A DNA stretch of 64,000 nt, taken from the IMG/VR virus record IMGVR_UViG_2802429014_000001; one strand, given 5' to 3'. The stretch is from a virus. Each line of letters starts with the position of its first letter. The first letter of the stretch is position 1. Shown piece after piece: positions 19,008 to 29,602 of the stretch. The translations under genes were made by a program, and so were the position numbers. A model generated the notes under the pieces. That model worked only from the letters and a program-made list of their open reading frames with translations, was not told the DNA's origin and did not search any database.

Positions 19008-19351
19008 CCCTGGACCCTTCGCAGGTTGACGACAGCGCCGAAGTGCTTGCCGAATGGATTGAATTCGGTGGACTCGGGATAGCCTAGGCATTCAAAGACG
19101 TTGCCCGCCAGTGTCACCCGATCACGCGGGCCGTAGACCTGGCCGGGCGGCACGAGCAGCACCACGTCAACAATGACGCGATCTTGGCCGACCAACTTCG
19201 GCTCATTCGACATTGCCGGGCCAGCGCCATACACGGATCGTGCGGTTGCGTGTGCCCACTTGTCGATCGGATCGCCATGTGCGTTCAGGGCGTCAGGAAT
19301 GAAGGCCTCGTGCGCGACGACGAACGGTGTGGGAAAGCTCGGCGCGGTCAT
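19004..19351 (-). CDS. head-tail connector protein
   Basis: Positional call. Confidence 0.35.
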   Translation of the reverse strand: MTAPSFPTPFVVAHEAFIPDALNAHGDPIDKWAHATARSVYGAGPAMSNEPKLVGQDRVIVDVVLLVPPGQVYGPRDRVTLAGNVFECLGYPESTEFNPFGKHFGAVVNLRRVQG

Positions 19352-19764
19352 CGACCCGAGATGTCGACAGAGAAGGCCTTACCCGACACGGCCCAGCGGT
19401 GCAGGGCGAGTTTGTCGGCCTTGGTGAGCCACACGCCGCCGTTGGCGGCGTCGGCATTGAGAGTCACGGTCTGTGAGAAGACGTGCGCTGCATTGGTGAC
19501 AGCAGTGGCCGAGTCAGTTCGGCCAGTCAGGGCGCGCGCCGCAACCCGTGAGGTCACGATGCGCACCCTGTCCGGTACCGGGTCGAACGCGCGGTCACCG
19601 CAGTAGGCAGAAACCAGGGCAGAGGACTCATCGAGCACGCCCGGAAGCCACTCAACCTCGTCGGCGGTTAGGTCGCGGCGTAGCCGCGCCTCAACGTCGG
19701 CCTGGTTAGCGAGCGCGGCCACTTGAGCGCTTCCGGGTCCGGCTCGTGGCCGGGCGGGGTGCAA
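19348..19764 (-). CDS. head-tail adaptor
   Basis: Contains VAALANQADVEARL; positional call. Confidence 0.35.
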   Translation of the reverse strand: MHPARPRAGPGSAQVAALANQADVEARLRRDLTADEVEWLPGVLDESSALVSAYCGDRAFDPVPDRVRIVTSRVAARALTGRTDSATAVTNAAHVFSQTVTLNADAANGGVWLTKADKLALHRWAVSGKAFSVDISGR

Positions 19765-20008
19765 CCGGCTCGGGTGCCGAAGCTGCCGCTTCGGCGGGCT
19801 CGGGCTGCGCCTCTGTCACTTCTTCGGCTGTCGCGTCGGTGGTATCGGTTGGCGCCCCGGTGGGCTCCGGCTCTGCGCCGTCGACCTCGCCGTCTTCGAT
19901 CAGGTGAGCGCCCACCACCTCACCCGGTGGGACGGGATCGCCTGCGGACAGGCGCGCCCCACCGGGCAGGTAGATGACACCGACCAAATCGGATCGGATG
20001 AGAGCCAT
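19706..20008 (-). CDS. small head-associated protein
   Basis: Start placed at MALIRSDLVGV directly after the capsid gene. Acidic Pro/Ala/Glu-rich tail. Confidence 0.3.
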   Translation of the reverse strand: MALIRSDLVGVIYLPGGARLSAGDPVPPGEVVGAHLIEDGEVDGAEPEPTGAPTDTTDATAEEVTEAQPEPAEAAASAPEPVAPRPATSRTRKRSSGRAR

Positions 20009-20010
20009 TG

Positions 20011-21069
20011 CTACTGTTCCGGATCTGGATCCGGCAGCACCTTTGCAGCCATGGACAGGTTGGCGTTGGCCAACACCGGTAGGCCGATGGCGGCGCCGTG
20101 GACCCACACACCGATCGGGTCGCGGGTCTTGAAAGCGCCCATCGCGATGCCGGGGCGGTCAACCTCGGCAATCTCGTAATCCGGCTCGGAGGACTCCAGG
20201 GTGGTGCCCCAGACGGTCGCACCGAGGTCGGTGCCGTCCTCTGCATACGCATCGACCGGCGCGGGCAGCAGGTACAGCTTGTTCTCCGGCAGGATGCGGA
20301 CAGTCGTGCCCGCCACCTTGGCGCGGCGGTCGAACACCGCGATCGGGGGAAGGCCGTACGCGGACAAGGTGGCCTGTACAAAGGCTTCGGTCACCAGTCC
20401 CGGCGCGGTAGCCGAGTTGGTGGCCAAGGCCTTGAGTTCAGCAGACAGCATGAGCGCGTTGAGCACCCGGCGCGAAGTCAGGATGACGCCCGGCTCGTCG
20501 CCGTTCTCTTCGACGTAGGCATCACGCCACAGCCGAAGGTCGGTCAGCGGCTTGGAGGCCGGATCGGACCACAGGGTTGCGGCGGTGACGGCGAAGGCAG
20601 CGCCGCGACCGAAGTCGGCAGTGGCGATGAAGCCGTTCTCATTGATTGCGGCCTTGCCGCTGTCAATGACCTTGCCGCGCATCACTTCGAGCTTGTCGCT
20701 GATGGCGTAGGCGAGGCGCTTGGCCTCCTTGAGTACCGTCGACAGCACTGTGTCAGAGTCGACGTTGCCACGCAGGCGCAGCTGGTCGTATTCGGACACG
20801 CGCACCTTGCGGCCCAGCGGGGGCAGCTCGATGGTGACGCGCTCAGCGCCGGGAGTCTCCCCGATGCTGACCTCTGCGTCGTACGAGCGGTACTCAGCCG
20901 CGTCCAGAAGGCCGTTGTCGCCCTTGACAAAGCGGGCAACGATGTCCGGCACGGTGCGGTTCGGCAGGAACGCGGCAAGAGAACCCTTGCGGCGTTCGCG
21001 GTCGGCCAGCGCTTCGCGGGCATACCCGGTCAGTGCGGCCGGGGTGATGACATCAGTCCATAGAGTCAT
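20011..21069 (-). CDS. major capsid protein (HK97-fold type)
   Basis: 352 aa, downstream of the scaffold gene. Sequence texture typical of a capsid protein. Confidence 0.6.
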   Translation of the reverse strand: MTLWTDVITPAALTGYAREALADRERRKGSLAAFLPNRTVPDIVARFVKGDNGLLDAAEYRSYDAEVSIGETPGAERVTIELPPLGRKVRVSEYDQLRLRGNVDSDTVLSTVLKEAKRLAYAISDKLEVMRGKVIDSGKAAINENGFIATADFGRGAAFAVTAATLWSDPASKPLTDLRLWRDAYVEENGDEPGVILTSRRVLNALMLSAELKALATNSATAPGLVTEAFVQATLSAYGLPPIAVFDRRAKVAGTTVRILPENKLYLLPAPVDAYAEDGTDLGATVWGTTLESSEPDYEIAEVDRPGIAMGAFKTRDPIGVWVHGAAIGLPVLANANLSMAAKVLPDPDPEQ

Positions 21070-21083
21070 TGTTCAGCCCTTCC

Positions 21084-21458
21084 TTAGACGAAAACGAACA
21101 GGCCAGTGGTGTCCGCGTCAGCGGCGACCGTGGCGGGGAGCTTGGACAGGATCACGCGGCCGTGGTCAAGCAGCGGGGCAACGATGTCGCCGCCGCCATC
21201 ACGGACCGACTGGTCGGTGAACAGGAAACCGGCAAGTACGCCAGCACCATTGGCGCCGCCAGCGGCGTACGGCACATAGGTGTCGCCCACCTTGGCCAGC
21301 GGCAGGCCGGACTTGAGCCGACCGTCCGGGTAGTGGGTTTCCTTGACCAGGGCTTCGCGGTCGATGGTGACGGTCCGGCATGCGTCGGTACCGTGCTTGG
21401 AGCCAAGCCAGGACTGGTTGCCTGCACCAAAGGTCTCAGTGCGAACAGTGAGGTCCAT
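21084..21458 (-). CDS. putative head decoration/accessory protein
   Basis: 124-aa Gly/Ala-rich protein between the scaffold and capsid genes. Confidence 0.3.
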   Translation of the reverse strand: MDLTVRTETFGAGNQSWLGSKHGTDACRTVTIDREALVKETHYPDGRLKSGLPLAKVGDTYVPYAAGGANGAGVLAGFLFTDQSVRDGGGDIVAPLLDHGRVILSKLPATVAADADTTGLFVFV

Positions 21459-21502
21459 TTTTCCTCCTTATGGGAGTTGAGGTAGCGCAGGCGAATCCTG
21501 TG

Positions 21503-22138
21503 CTACGCGTTCGGTTTCGGGTGTGACTTCGTGTACAGCTCTGCGCCAGCGGACACCGAGGACGGCTTGGTGCTCTTGCCGCCAGGGGGTTGGCCCTGGT
21601 GCTGATTGGGCGCCGGGGGCCGTGGACCGCCATCGGTGGTAGCCACAAAGGGCTTGAGTTCGCCGATTTCGGCGTCAAGCTCGGCGTCGGTGGTCCCGAC
21701 CAGCTTCTTGGCGAGCGCCAGCGGCAGCCCCTTGTCGACGCCGTACTGTGTGCGCTCAGCCGCCGCCGCCTTCGCTTCGGCCTTGGTGCGTGCCTCGGCC
21801 TCGGCAGCCAATTTGGTTTGCAGATCGGCGATTTGATCCTGAACCTTGTCAGCGTCCGTCTTGTCGCGATCCTTGATCGCTTGCAGCTCGGTATGGCTGG
21901 ACTTGAGTACATCCAGGTCGCCGTATTTGTTGGCGACCTCGGCGCGCTCACGGGTCAGGCGCTCACCGATGATGCGCTCCACATCGGCCTGAGTGAACTT
22001 GGCGTCACCAGCTCCCTTGTCGCCGTTGTCCTGATCGTGATCGGACGAAGCCCCAGCCACGGGCCAGATCGGGCCGCGCTTGCCAATAGCAAGTGCAGTC
22101 AATCCAGTTCGGGGATGGGTCGGCAGAACTGTAGTCAT
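21503..22138 (-). CDS. scaffolding protein
   Basis: Charged coiled-coil sequence (DKVQDQIADLQTKLAAEAEARTKAEAKAAAAERTQ). Confidence 0.55.
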   Translation of the reverse strand: MTTVLPTHPRTGLTALAIGKRGPIWPVAGASSDHDQDNGDKGAGDAKFTQADVERIIGERLTRERAEVANKYGDLDVLKSSHTELQAIKDRDKTDADKVQDQIADLQTKLAAEAEARTKAEAKAAAAERTQYGVDKGLPLALAKKLVGTTDAELDAEIGELKPFVATTDGGPRPPAPNQHQGQPPGGKSTKPSSVSAGAELYTKSHPKPNA

Positions 22139-22205
22139 GAAAATCTCCGTAGCTCGTCAGCATTACCCGGCCGATTTGACGCTGGCCGTCCGCGCTCACG
22201 CCCCG

Positions 22206-23111
22206 CTATGGGGTGGAGGTCTGTTCGCGCTGTTGCGCATCCATGTGGCGCAGTACCGCTTTGAAGTCGATGGCGCCGTATTTGCCCTTGGTTTGGCCCG
22301 CCTCGCGAGTGGCGGTTACCGCTGCGGCGTATTGCTTGTCCCACTGCTCGACGTACGACGGCGGCTCGTAGGAACCGCCTGGGCGCACCGCCACCGCGAT
22401 ACAGTGGCACCAGTCGTGATATTTGTCGCCGTACTGCTGTGAGCCGCGTAGCGCACCGACGCGGGTATCGCCGACCTGCCGTCCGCGCTTGCCCGCCTCG
22501 CGCGCCGAGCGGAACGTAGAGCGTTGGGCCAGGGCTTCGTCGCGGGTCATCTGTCCGGCTGCGATAGCGCGCCGGTCCGATGTCTCCAAGTTCACGCTGC
22601 GACCAGTGACCCCCAGGGCCGACGCCTCGGACGTGTACACCGCGCCGCGCGTGGCGAGCATCTTGCAGAAGTTGCACGCGTTCGCCGAGGCGTAGCGGGC
22701 CCACCGGGCGCCGGTCTCGCGCTCCACATTGTCGGAGATGGTGCGCCGCGACTGATCGAACACCGAGCGCGTCGCCGAGCCCTGTAAAGCCTCGATGGGC
22801 TTGCCCTGCGTCAGTGACCAGCGTCCCGAAATGGCCAGCGCCTCAACATCGAGCAGGGGAGCGGCCACCGTTTCAAACGCGGGCGCTGACGGCGCCGCGA
22901 CCACCGGCTGAGCTTCGTACCAGGCCTGCGTCAGGTCATTGGACGCGGCCAGGTACGGCGTCACCACTTCCGGGTAGGCGGCGGTGATGTACGCCATCTG
23001 CTCCACCGGCTGCATTCCGGCGATGCGGGCCAGTAGGTCTGCGATTTCCCCGCCCAGCTCGACGGTGAGCCGCGTCAGGAGTAGCTGAAACTCAGCTGCC
23101 TCGGTTGGCAT
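22206..23111 (-). CDS. MuF-like minor capsid / head morphogenesis protein
   Basis: Position between portal and scaffold; 301 aa. Confidence 0.4.
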   Translation of the reverse strand: MPTEAAEFQLLLTRLTVELGGEIADLLARIAGMQPVEQMAYITAAYPEVVTPYLAASNDLTQAWYEAQPVVAAPSAPAFETVAAPLLDVEALAISGRWSLTQGKPIEALQGSATRSVFDQSRRTISDNVERETGARWARYASANACNFCKMLATRGAVYTSEASALGVTGRSVNLETSDRRAIAAGQMTRDEALAQRSTFRSAREAGKRGRQVGDTRVGALRGSQQYGDKYHDWCHCIAVAVRPGGSYEPPSYVEQWDKQYAAAVTATREAGQTKGKYGAIDFKAVLRHMDAQQREQTSTP

Positions 23112-24570
23112 CCACCAACTCCGGCGTCACGCCCTGCGGCGGTGGGGGAACCTCTTGCACAGGCGAATTCGACAACCGGTCGACCAGCTTGGCGACCGTG
23201 TTCTGTCGGCGTTCCTGCCCCAGGATCTTCTGGTCCGCCTCGGAAATACCGACCTCGCGGTACGTCACCTTGGAATTGGGCTCCAGGACATCGGATGCGA
23301 TCAGCTTGGAAACCCGGTCGGCATCCGATGCGGGTGTGGGCGTGGCAGGGTTGAGCCAGTTCGGTGCGACGCCGCTGACAGCGGCCATCGTCGCCTGCGG
23401 GTCACGATGCTTGACGATCAGGTAAGCCACCTGGCGCCATGCCCGCGACCACATACGCTGGCGCAGCAAGGCGCGCTTGACTAGCCGCGACTCCAGCACG
23501 CGCACCGCGTCCGCAGACGGCGGGTTGTCGGTGGCAAAGCCAAGGTAGTTCCACGGGATCGCCGACTCAGCCGAGACGTGTTGTAGGTAGTGCTTGATCT
23601 GCTCGATATACGGCGTCGGCGGCGCCGGAGTGAACTGGCCGACCTCCGGCATGGGGTCGCCTAGCTCTGGCGGCGGAATGAAGTTCATCCGCGACATGGC
23701 CACGTTCCACTGCTTGACCAGCTTCTCGCCCGCCGGGGTGTTCTCGTCAATGCCGAACTGGGCCGGGTCAACTCCGAGGCCGTACCGCTGTGGCGCGGTG
23801 TAGAACTCGCGGTTGATTTCCATGCCGAGCAAGGTGCGACCGATAGCCTCGGTCGCATACCGCACAGGCGGGGTTATCTCAGAGCGGCCCCGAATATCGG
23901 AGGGGCGTTCACGGTTCGGGAACTGGACAATAGGCACCACGCCGAGGTTGTGGTCATCGCGCTGAACCTCGGTGACGCGGCTATCGCCGCCGCGCGGCAA
24001 CGTCACCGTTGCCTGCGGGGTGTACAGCACTTCGGTAGTCACGGCGGCGGTCAGTGGGTCCCGGCGCTGGATCAGGCCAGCAGCCTCGATACGGCGCCGG
24101 GAATCCCACAGCACAGTCGTTTCCATAGGGGACTCAGCACCGACCACCACAGCTGGCTCATTCAGCTCTTGATCGCCGGTACCGACACTGACAAAGCCCA
24201 TGCCGCAGATCAGCGAATCGACCGCCTGCCGGGCCTGCTCAACCTCAAGGGCGTTGTCCCGGTATGCCTCATCCAAGACGGTGCTGTCGCCGTCGAGCAC
24301 CGACCAGCCGTCCCACTCGACGCGCTCAGCGAGCACGTCGACCACAATGCCGGGCGTGCCGACAAACACCTCAAGGTCAGCAAGGTGCGGCGGCACCGCG
24401 ATATCCAGATTGCGCGCCTTGTGCTTGCCCTCGTACAGCGTGTACTTCTTCTCGTTGGCGCGGCGAGCCTGAGCCAACTGGCTGCGCAGCCGTCCGAGGT
24501 ACTGGACTTCCTGACCGGACAACTCGCCGGTGTCCATGAAGCGGGCCAGGTCTGCGGGCGGTGCAACCAT
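23092..24570 (-). CDS. portal protein
   Basis: 492 aa, directly downstream of the large terminase. Confidence 0.6.
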   Translation of the reverse strand: MVAPPADLARFMDTGELSGQEVQYLGRLRSQLAQARRANEKKYTLYEGKHKARNLDIAVPPHLADLEVFVGTPGIVVDVLAERVEWDGWSVLDGDSTVLDEAYRDNALEVEQARQAVDSLICGMGFVSVGTGDQELNEPAVVVGAESPMETTVLWDSRRRIEAAGLIQRRDPLTAAVTTEVLYTPQATVTLPRGGDSRVTEVQRDDHNLGVVPIVQFPNRERPSDIRGRSEITPPVRYATEAIGRTLLGMEINREFYTAPQRYGLGVDPAQFGIDENTPAGEKLVKQWNVAMSRMNFIPPPELGDPMPEVGQFTPAPPTPYIEQIKHYLQHVSAESAIPWNYLGFATDNPPSADAVRVLESRLVKRALLRQRMWSRAWRQVAYLIVKHRDPQATMAAVSGVAPNWLNPATPTPASDADRVSKLIASDVLEPNSKVTYREVGISEADQKILGQERRQNTVAKLVDRLSNSPVQEVPPPPQGVTPELVDANRGS

Positions 24571-26418
24571 CTAGTACACCGCCTTTCTGGTGGTCCGTTT
24601 CCGAGGTCCGTTAGTGGTTGCGCCAAGTAGCGCAAGGCTTCCCGACACCAGAGGCGCAATGTTCACGGCGTCGTCCGATCGATCCCAGCCGAAGCCGCCT
24701 GCGTCGCGGATGGGCCGCTTCTGAGCCCCAGCGACTGCCTTGGTGAGTGCTTCCTGACCGCCATGGGTCAGCAGTGGTAGGCCGTCGTCCAAAAGTTCGG
24801 AGTCGATCGCATCCATCCAGGCGCCGCAGGCTTTGGCCATGTCCTGCGCTGTGGTTTGGCGAGCCCGGCACCGCCTGGCCAGCAGATCGGGCAGTAGCGC
24901 CGACGCGGGCGAAGCTGAATCGATCAGGATGTCAATGCGTTTCGATGTCTCGACCAACCAGTTTTTGCCGGCCGAAATGTCGAAGCCGCTCCACACCTCT
25001 TCGACGTGGACGCGCCCACCTTCGAGCACCCACGCTGCCGAAATGGACAGCTCGCGCCCATGTGACATGTCGACACCGATCGCCGAGGGCGTCGCATCGC
25101 TGTCTGGGCCAATGTCGATCGCCGAGGCCCACAGGCGCTTTGAAATGATGCGCTTGGTCCTGACGATCTTGTCCCAGATGCCGAGACCTTCCCGAAGGAA
25201 TGAGGCCTCGCCCAGGATTTTGCGCATGCGGCGTACCGCACGCTCACTGACGCGGTTCGGGAACGCTGGAATGGCCTTGCGCCACTGAGTCTTGTCACTC
25301 GGGTCGCATCCACGGTCCGCCGAGAACTCGACGTACAGCGACTCACGCGGCACATCGTCGTCATCGTCATCGAGCCCGGCATAGTCTTCGTCGTCGGCCT
25401 CGATACCAGCGTCGAGGCGCTGAGTGGCGAAAAACTCGCTCGGGTCCTCCGGCTTGGGCGGTGTGCCCATCGTCAAAATGAGCGGGTTCTTCGCAACGTT
25501 CGTAGATGGCGTCATGTCATCGAGCGCCTTCGACGTAAGGATCTGTGCCTCATCGAAAATCAGCACGCCGATGTTCGGGAAGCCGCGACCAAAGCCGCGC
25601 TCGCGGGCGCCGAACATGATCACCGAACCATTGGTGAACAGGATCTTTTCGTCACCCGAGCCGCTGTAAATCCGCTTGATGTACGGCTTTACGCTCGGCA
25701 TGTCGGCCAAGCCCTGCATCGACTCGAAAGTCTCGCGCGCCGTCTTGAACAGGTGCGCGGTCCAGATGCACCGCAGGCCCGGGTATTTGATGCACAGCGC
25801 GAACACAATTGCGCCGATCAGGTAGGTCTTACCTGACTGGCGCGGTATCGAGATGGCCGTCGTGTCCGAGGCGTACAGGCCGTCCGGCCGCTTCGCCAAG
25901 ATCAGGCGACCCAAGTCGTCTTGCCAGTCATCAAATTCGATGCCCAGCACACGGCATATCTCGCAGATCGATGGCCACTCGGTAGTGACCATGTTCTCTG
26001 GCGGCACCACATAGCGGGCCTTGGCGTACAGTGCCGGGGCTTCGACGTTCGTATCGTCGGGAACCTTCACCGCGTGCGCGATCGGGTCCGTTTCACCCGA
26101 CAGCTGATCCAAAATGGCGATGTCTTCGGCGATATCCAGCAGACGCCGCGACAGCGCCGCCAAGTCGCGAATCGGGGTGTCAGCACGTTCGACGGCGGTC
26201 GCCACCCGAACGCGCATCTTGCCCAGAAGCTCGCGGCGTTCCTTGCGGGACTCGGGGCCGTCGTCAAGGTCGCGCAGAATCTCCAGGAGCCGCTGCGACA
26301 GCGACGCCAGCTCGCGGGTATTGGTCTCCGGGTCAAGCACAACCGGCGAAAGGCGGTCGCGCATCGACTCCAGCAGGTCGGTCTGGTCACCCTCGCGAGC
26401 GGCCAGCATCACCGACAT
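24571..26418 (-). CDS. terminase large subunit
   Basis: Walker A IPRQSGKTY, 615 aa, ATPase and nuclease halves. Confidence 0.8.
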   Translation of the reverse strand: MSVMLAAREGDQTDLLESMRDRLSPVVLDPETNTRELASLSQRLLEILRDLDDGPESRKERRELLGKMRVRVATAVERADTPIRDLAALSRRLLDIAEDIAILDQLSGETDPIAHAVKVPDDTNVEAPALYAKARYVVPPENMVTTEWPSICEICRVLGIEFDDWQDDLGRLILAKRPDGLYASDTTAISIPRQSGKTYLIGAIVFALCIKYPGLRCIWTAHLFKTARETFESMQGLADMPSVKPYIKRIYSGSGDEKILFTNGSVIMFGARERGFGRGFPNIGVLIFDEAQILTSKALDDMTPSTNVAKNPLILTMGTPPKPEDPSEFFATQRLDAGIEADDEDYAGLDDDDDDVPRESLYVEFSADRGCDPSDKTQWRKAIPAFPNRVSERAVRRMRKILGEASFLREGLGIWDKIVRTKRIISKRLWASAIDIGPDSDATPSAIGVDMSHGRELSISAAWVLEGGRVHVEEVWSGFDISAGKNWLVETSKRIDILIDSASPASALLPDLLARRCRARQTTAQDMAKACGAWMDAIDSELLDDGLPLLTHGGQEALTKAVAGAQKRPIRDAGGFGWDRSDDAVNIAPLVSGSLALLGATTNGPRKRTTRKAVY

Positions 26419-26425
26419 TGGTCGG

Positions 26426-26677
26426 CTATCCCTCGACCCAGCGAATCGACGGCTCGCCGCCAGCGATAGTCACCTCGGCGATACGCGCGCCATAGCCCTG
26501 ATTGCGATACCGGGTCCGCTGAGACTTGGCAGCGGCGAACGTGTTGTACGACCGGCACGCAGGCTTGTGCCGATAGCTACCGGTGTAGCTGCCCGTGTCC
26601 AGGCCGTCGTCAGCGTCGAACTTGAGCACCAAAAACAGCCCGTCACCCTGGGCATTCACGTACATCGGCACCGCCAT
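26426..26677 (-). CDS. small protein immediately upstream of the large terminase (possible small terminase subunit)
   Basis: Position only; 83 aa. Confidence 0.25.
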   Translation of the reverse strand: MAVPMYVNAQGDGLFLVLKFDADDGLDTGSYTGSYRHKPACRSYNTFAAAKSQRTRYRNQGYGARIAEVTIAGGEPSIRWVEG

Positions 26678-27039
26678 TTCGTCGTCAGTAACCGCACCGG
26701 GGTTTGGTGGAAAATGTGGTATGTAAATGCCCGCCTATGCCACGAGGGGCAACTAGGCGGCAGGGGAGGGGAAACCCCCTGGTCAGAGGCTTTGCGCGAC
26801 ACAGCCAGCGGCAGCGGCAATGCCTGCGACCTGTGAATATGCTCGAGGTCGGCTAACTTTGACGACCAATGCAGCAACCTTCGGATGGTTGAAGCATTCG
26901 CGTAGAACGTCGACAAGGGCATCGCCCGCGACGTTGCCTGAGTTGTCGGCTTCGCCATGACGTGCGTCTGCTAGCCGTGCCTCGTCGTACTCGCCGATCA
27001 TCTGTCGCACTCGCTCAGCACTGACTGGATCGAAAGCGA

Positions 27040-27318
27040 TCACCACCAGCGCCTTTCGGTGACGAAGTTGGCGCCGATGTCTTCGGGCAGCTTGTCGCTC
27101 TTGTCCCGGTTGCACTGTCGGTGCGATGGCACCTTGTTGTCCAGTGTGTCTGTGCCGCCCTTGGATAAGGGGATGAGGTGGTCAACCTGATAGCTCAGTG
27201 GCTCAAGGTGATTGGCCTCGTAGTCGATGGGCTCGCCGCAGTGGTGGCATGGTGGTCGTCCACGGGCGAGGTAGCGCCTGTGCTTGTCTCGTAGCGTGGT
27301 GTTGCGCCGCACTGTCAT
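27040..27318 (-). CDS. HNH endonuclease
   Basis: CHHCGEPIDYEANHLEPLSYQVDHLIPLSKGG...HRQCNRDKSDK is a classic HNH motif. HNH next to the terminase is a common cos-phage arrangement. Confidence 0.7.
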   Translation of the reverse strand: MTVRRNTTLRDKHRRYLARGRPPCHHCGEPIDYEANHLEPLSYQVDHLIPLSKGGTDTLDNKVPSHRQCNRDKSDKLPEDIGANFVTERRWW

Positions 27319-27645
27319 TGCGGTACAGCCACACTCACGTTGCCGCTGGCGTCGACGGTGAATCTGTAGCCGAGCTGTGCAACAACTGCGCGCAAGATCT
27401 TGTTGAGCCGGTCCGCTTCTCGTAGCGCCTGCTCTGCCTTCCTGAGTGCATCACTGGCAGCCGCATTGGCGTAGTCGGCGGTAGCGCCTGGGGAGTGGTC
27501 CACGGCTGCTACCGGGCCCTTTCTAGGGCCTCGGTGATGCGGTCTATTTCGTCGTTGGCCCAGTCTTGGCCAGCGGTGTCGTCTTCGATGATTGCCTGTG
27601 CCCGTATGCGTTCTGCGTCGCGCAGTGCTCGCATTAGGCCAGCGC

Positions 27646-27882
27646 TCATCTGCGGGCGAGTGCCCTTGTTGCGTGCTCAGCCTTGGCGACATCGAGCAGC
27701 CGGTAGAGCTTGCGGCCGCGATCGTCTATGCCGCACTGTGGCAGCCTGGTCTTGCACTTGGCGGGGCCGTAGCCGCGCGAGGCCCATTGGCGGACAGTGA
27801 CGGACCGGACACCGCAGATGGTGGCCGCTTCTTCGGCAGTGACGAGGGATTCGGCGCCATCCGGCGCGAGTACCGCAGTCAT
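27646..27882 (-). CDS. MerR/excisionase-like HTH DNA-binding protein
   Basis: Start placed at MTAVLAPDG. AEEAATICGVRSVTVRQWASRGYG reads as an HTH. Confidence 0.4.
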   Translation of the reverse strand: MTAVLAPDGAESLVTAEEAATICGVRSVTVRQWASRGYGPAKCKTRLPQCGIDDRGRKLYRLLDVAKAEHATRALARR

Positions 27883-28009
27883 GAACTCCCCTGAAATGCG
27901 AAAACCCCTCCGCGCGGGCGAAGGGGTCCGGTGTTTGGGTATAGCTCTGTCAGTCGCACCCATAGTACATGTAACACAGGACATTCCGCATCTCGCATTG
28001 GCGGGCGTG

Positions 28010-28696
28010 TCAGGGCTGGCCCTGCGCCTCGGTCACAAGCTCTTCGAGCACGATCGATGTCCACAGCGGGTAGTGCTCGCTGCGTATCTGCGTCTGGCAG
28101 TTGCCGCACTCAATCCAGTCGCGTTGCACGTCGATGTAGCGCGTCAGGGTCCGCATGTCGCAGTCGGGGCATGGTGTTGGCAGGGCGATACGTGGCCGCG
28201 TCAGGCCGAGCTGGCTGCGGACTTTCGAGTGCAGCCCATGCCATTCGGCGATGATGTCCGGCGCCCATTCCTGACGGCACAGCTTGTCGATGCGCACCGA
28301 CAGGTAGGTGTGTGCGGCGATGACGGCGGCGCGCTCACTGGGGTAGTCCTCGCCAGGGGCCTCGTGCCCCTGCTCGGCCAGCGTGCTTGCGAGGTTGTCA
28401 TGCGCTGCCCGTAGGCATATGGCGATCTTCGTGAGCATGTCCGAAGCCCATTCGGCCGGGTGGCCGTAGTCCTTGACCTTGGCGCCGCGCATCTTGTCGC
28501 CCTTGTTGGGTGCGGGGAGCTGGTGCAGCTGAACCCAATCGAGCACAACGCGCTCCAGTGCGGTGGCGACGCGGCGCTGGCAGCTCGGGCACATGCCGTC
28601 CGGCGTGTGTGCTGGTTTGCCGTTGTCGCGCTTGCAATCCGGGTGCGCGCACAGTTCGACGGTGCTGCCCTTGGCGATGGTGGTCATGTCATGCAA
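28010..28696 (-). CDS. Cys-rich hypothetical protein
   Basis: CxxC pairs (CAHPDC, CPSCQ, CPDCD, CGNCQ). Confidence 0.35.
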   Translation of the reverse strand: MHDMTTIAKGSTVELCAHPDCKRDNGKPAHTPDGMCPSCQRRVATALERVVLDWVQLHQLPAPNKGDKMRGAKVKDYGHPAEWASDMLTKIAICLRAAHDNLASTLAEQGHEAPGEDYPSERAAVIAAHTYLSVRIDKLCRQEWAPDIIAEWHGLHSKVRSQLGLTRPRIALPTPCPDCDMRTLTRYIDVQRDWIECGNCQTQIRSEHYPLWTSIVLEELVTEAQGQP

Positions 28697-29102
28697 TCCC
28701 TTCGGCTCGTGCTCGGATCTGGGTCACGGTGTCGTAGATGGTTTTCCGGACGGCCATTTCGTCGGTTCCGATCACCTTGACGAATCGGTCGGTGGCTTCG
28801 ACCACGGTGGCCTTGCCGGGGTGGGCGCCTTCGTATGTCCAGCCGTCAATGTCGTAGACCTGCTCAAAGGCGCCAACCGGTGTCCACTCGTAGCCGTAGA
28901 GAAGGACTTCACTCTGCACCCACTGGCGGGCCAGGGTGTCCGTCTGCTCGTCTGTCTCCCACTCCGTGACCTGGGCATCACCGCCGTAGTAGGCGGTGTT
29001 ATTCCATGCGGTGGCAAGCTTTTCGGCCCGTTCCTTGTCGGTGAGCACCCGTTGAATCTGGTAGTCCGAATAGCTGCCGGTGGTGACGATGTAGACCTTC
29101 AT
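28689..29102 (-). CDS. hypothetical protein
   Basis: ORF in the early block. Confidence 0.3.
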   Translation of the reverse strand: MKVYIVTTGSYSDYQIQRVLTDKERAEKLATAWNNTAYYGGDAQVTEWETDEQTDTLARQWVQSEVLLYGYEWTPVGAFEQVYDIDGWTYEGAHPGKATVVEATDRFVKVIGTDEMAVRKTIYDTVTQIRARAEGIA

Positions 29103-29602
29103 CGGTCGACTCGCATGGACTCGATGACCCGCACGGTGTCATCAGCGCTGTCCGGCCTGAAGCTGAACTCGATGGATTGTGTTCCGTCGCCGTGGGTGTG
29201 GGTGCTGATCGATCGGACTTCACCGGTCAGGACTACGCCGTTGATCCACAGCGTGCGACGCGTGGGTGGCGGGGCGACGGGCGACGGCGGTAGGGCGTCG
29301 ATCGCGGCGTACAGCCTAGCCGCTTCGTCAGATTCGAACCGTATGGGGCCCGATGATGCGGCGAGTAGCGCCGAGGCGTCGCGAATGGTGGTGATCGCAT
29401 CGGCCACCCTTCGGTCCTGCAGGCCTGCCCAGTGGGCCTCGGCGTATGCCTGGCCATTGGGATGCCCCAGCCCTATTGGGCACCAACCGCCTTGATCGTC
29501 CTCCCTGTACCAGACGAGACCACCAGCGTTGGCGTACCGCCATTGACCTTCGACGGTGCCCTTAAGGAATCCGGCGCTGCTGTCCCAGGCGATCGCGCTC
29601 AT
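29099..29602 (-). CDS. hypothetical protein
   Basis: Start placed at MSAIAWDSS. Confidence 0.3.
   Translation of the reverse strand: MSAIAWDSSAGFLKGTVEGQWRYANAGGLVWYREDDQGGWCPIGLGHPNGQAYAEAHWAGLQDRRVADAITTIRDASALLAASSGPIRFESDEAARLYAAIDALPPSPVAPPPTRRTLWINGVVLTGEVRSISTHTHGDGTQSIEFSFRPDSADDTVRVIESMRVDR

Noticed and set aside
26783-27115. 110-aa minus ORF overlapping the HNH gene 3' end
   Set aside because: It overlaps a well-supported HNH gene by 75 bp and has no sensible start. Only a ~70-aa internal segment might be real.
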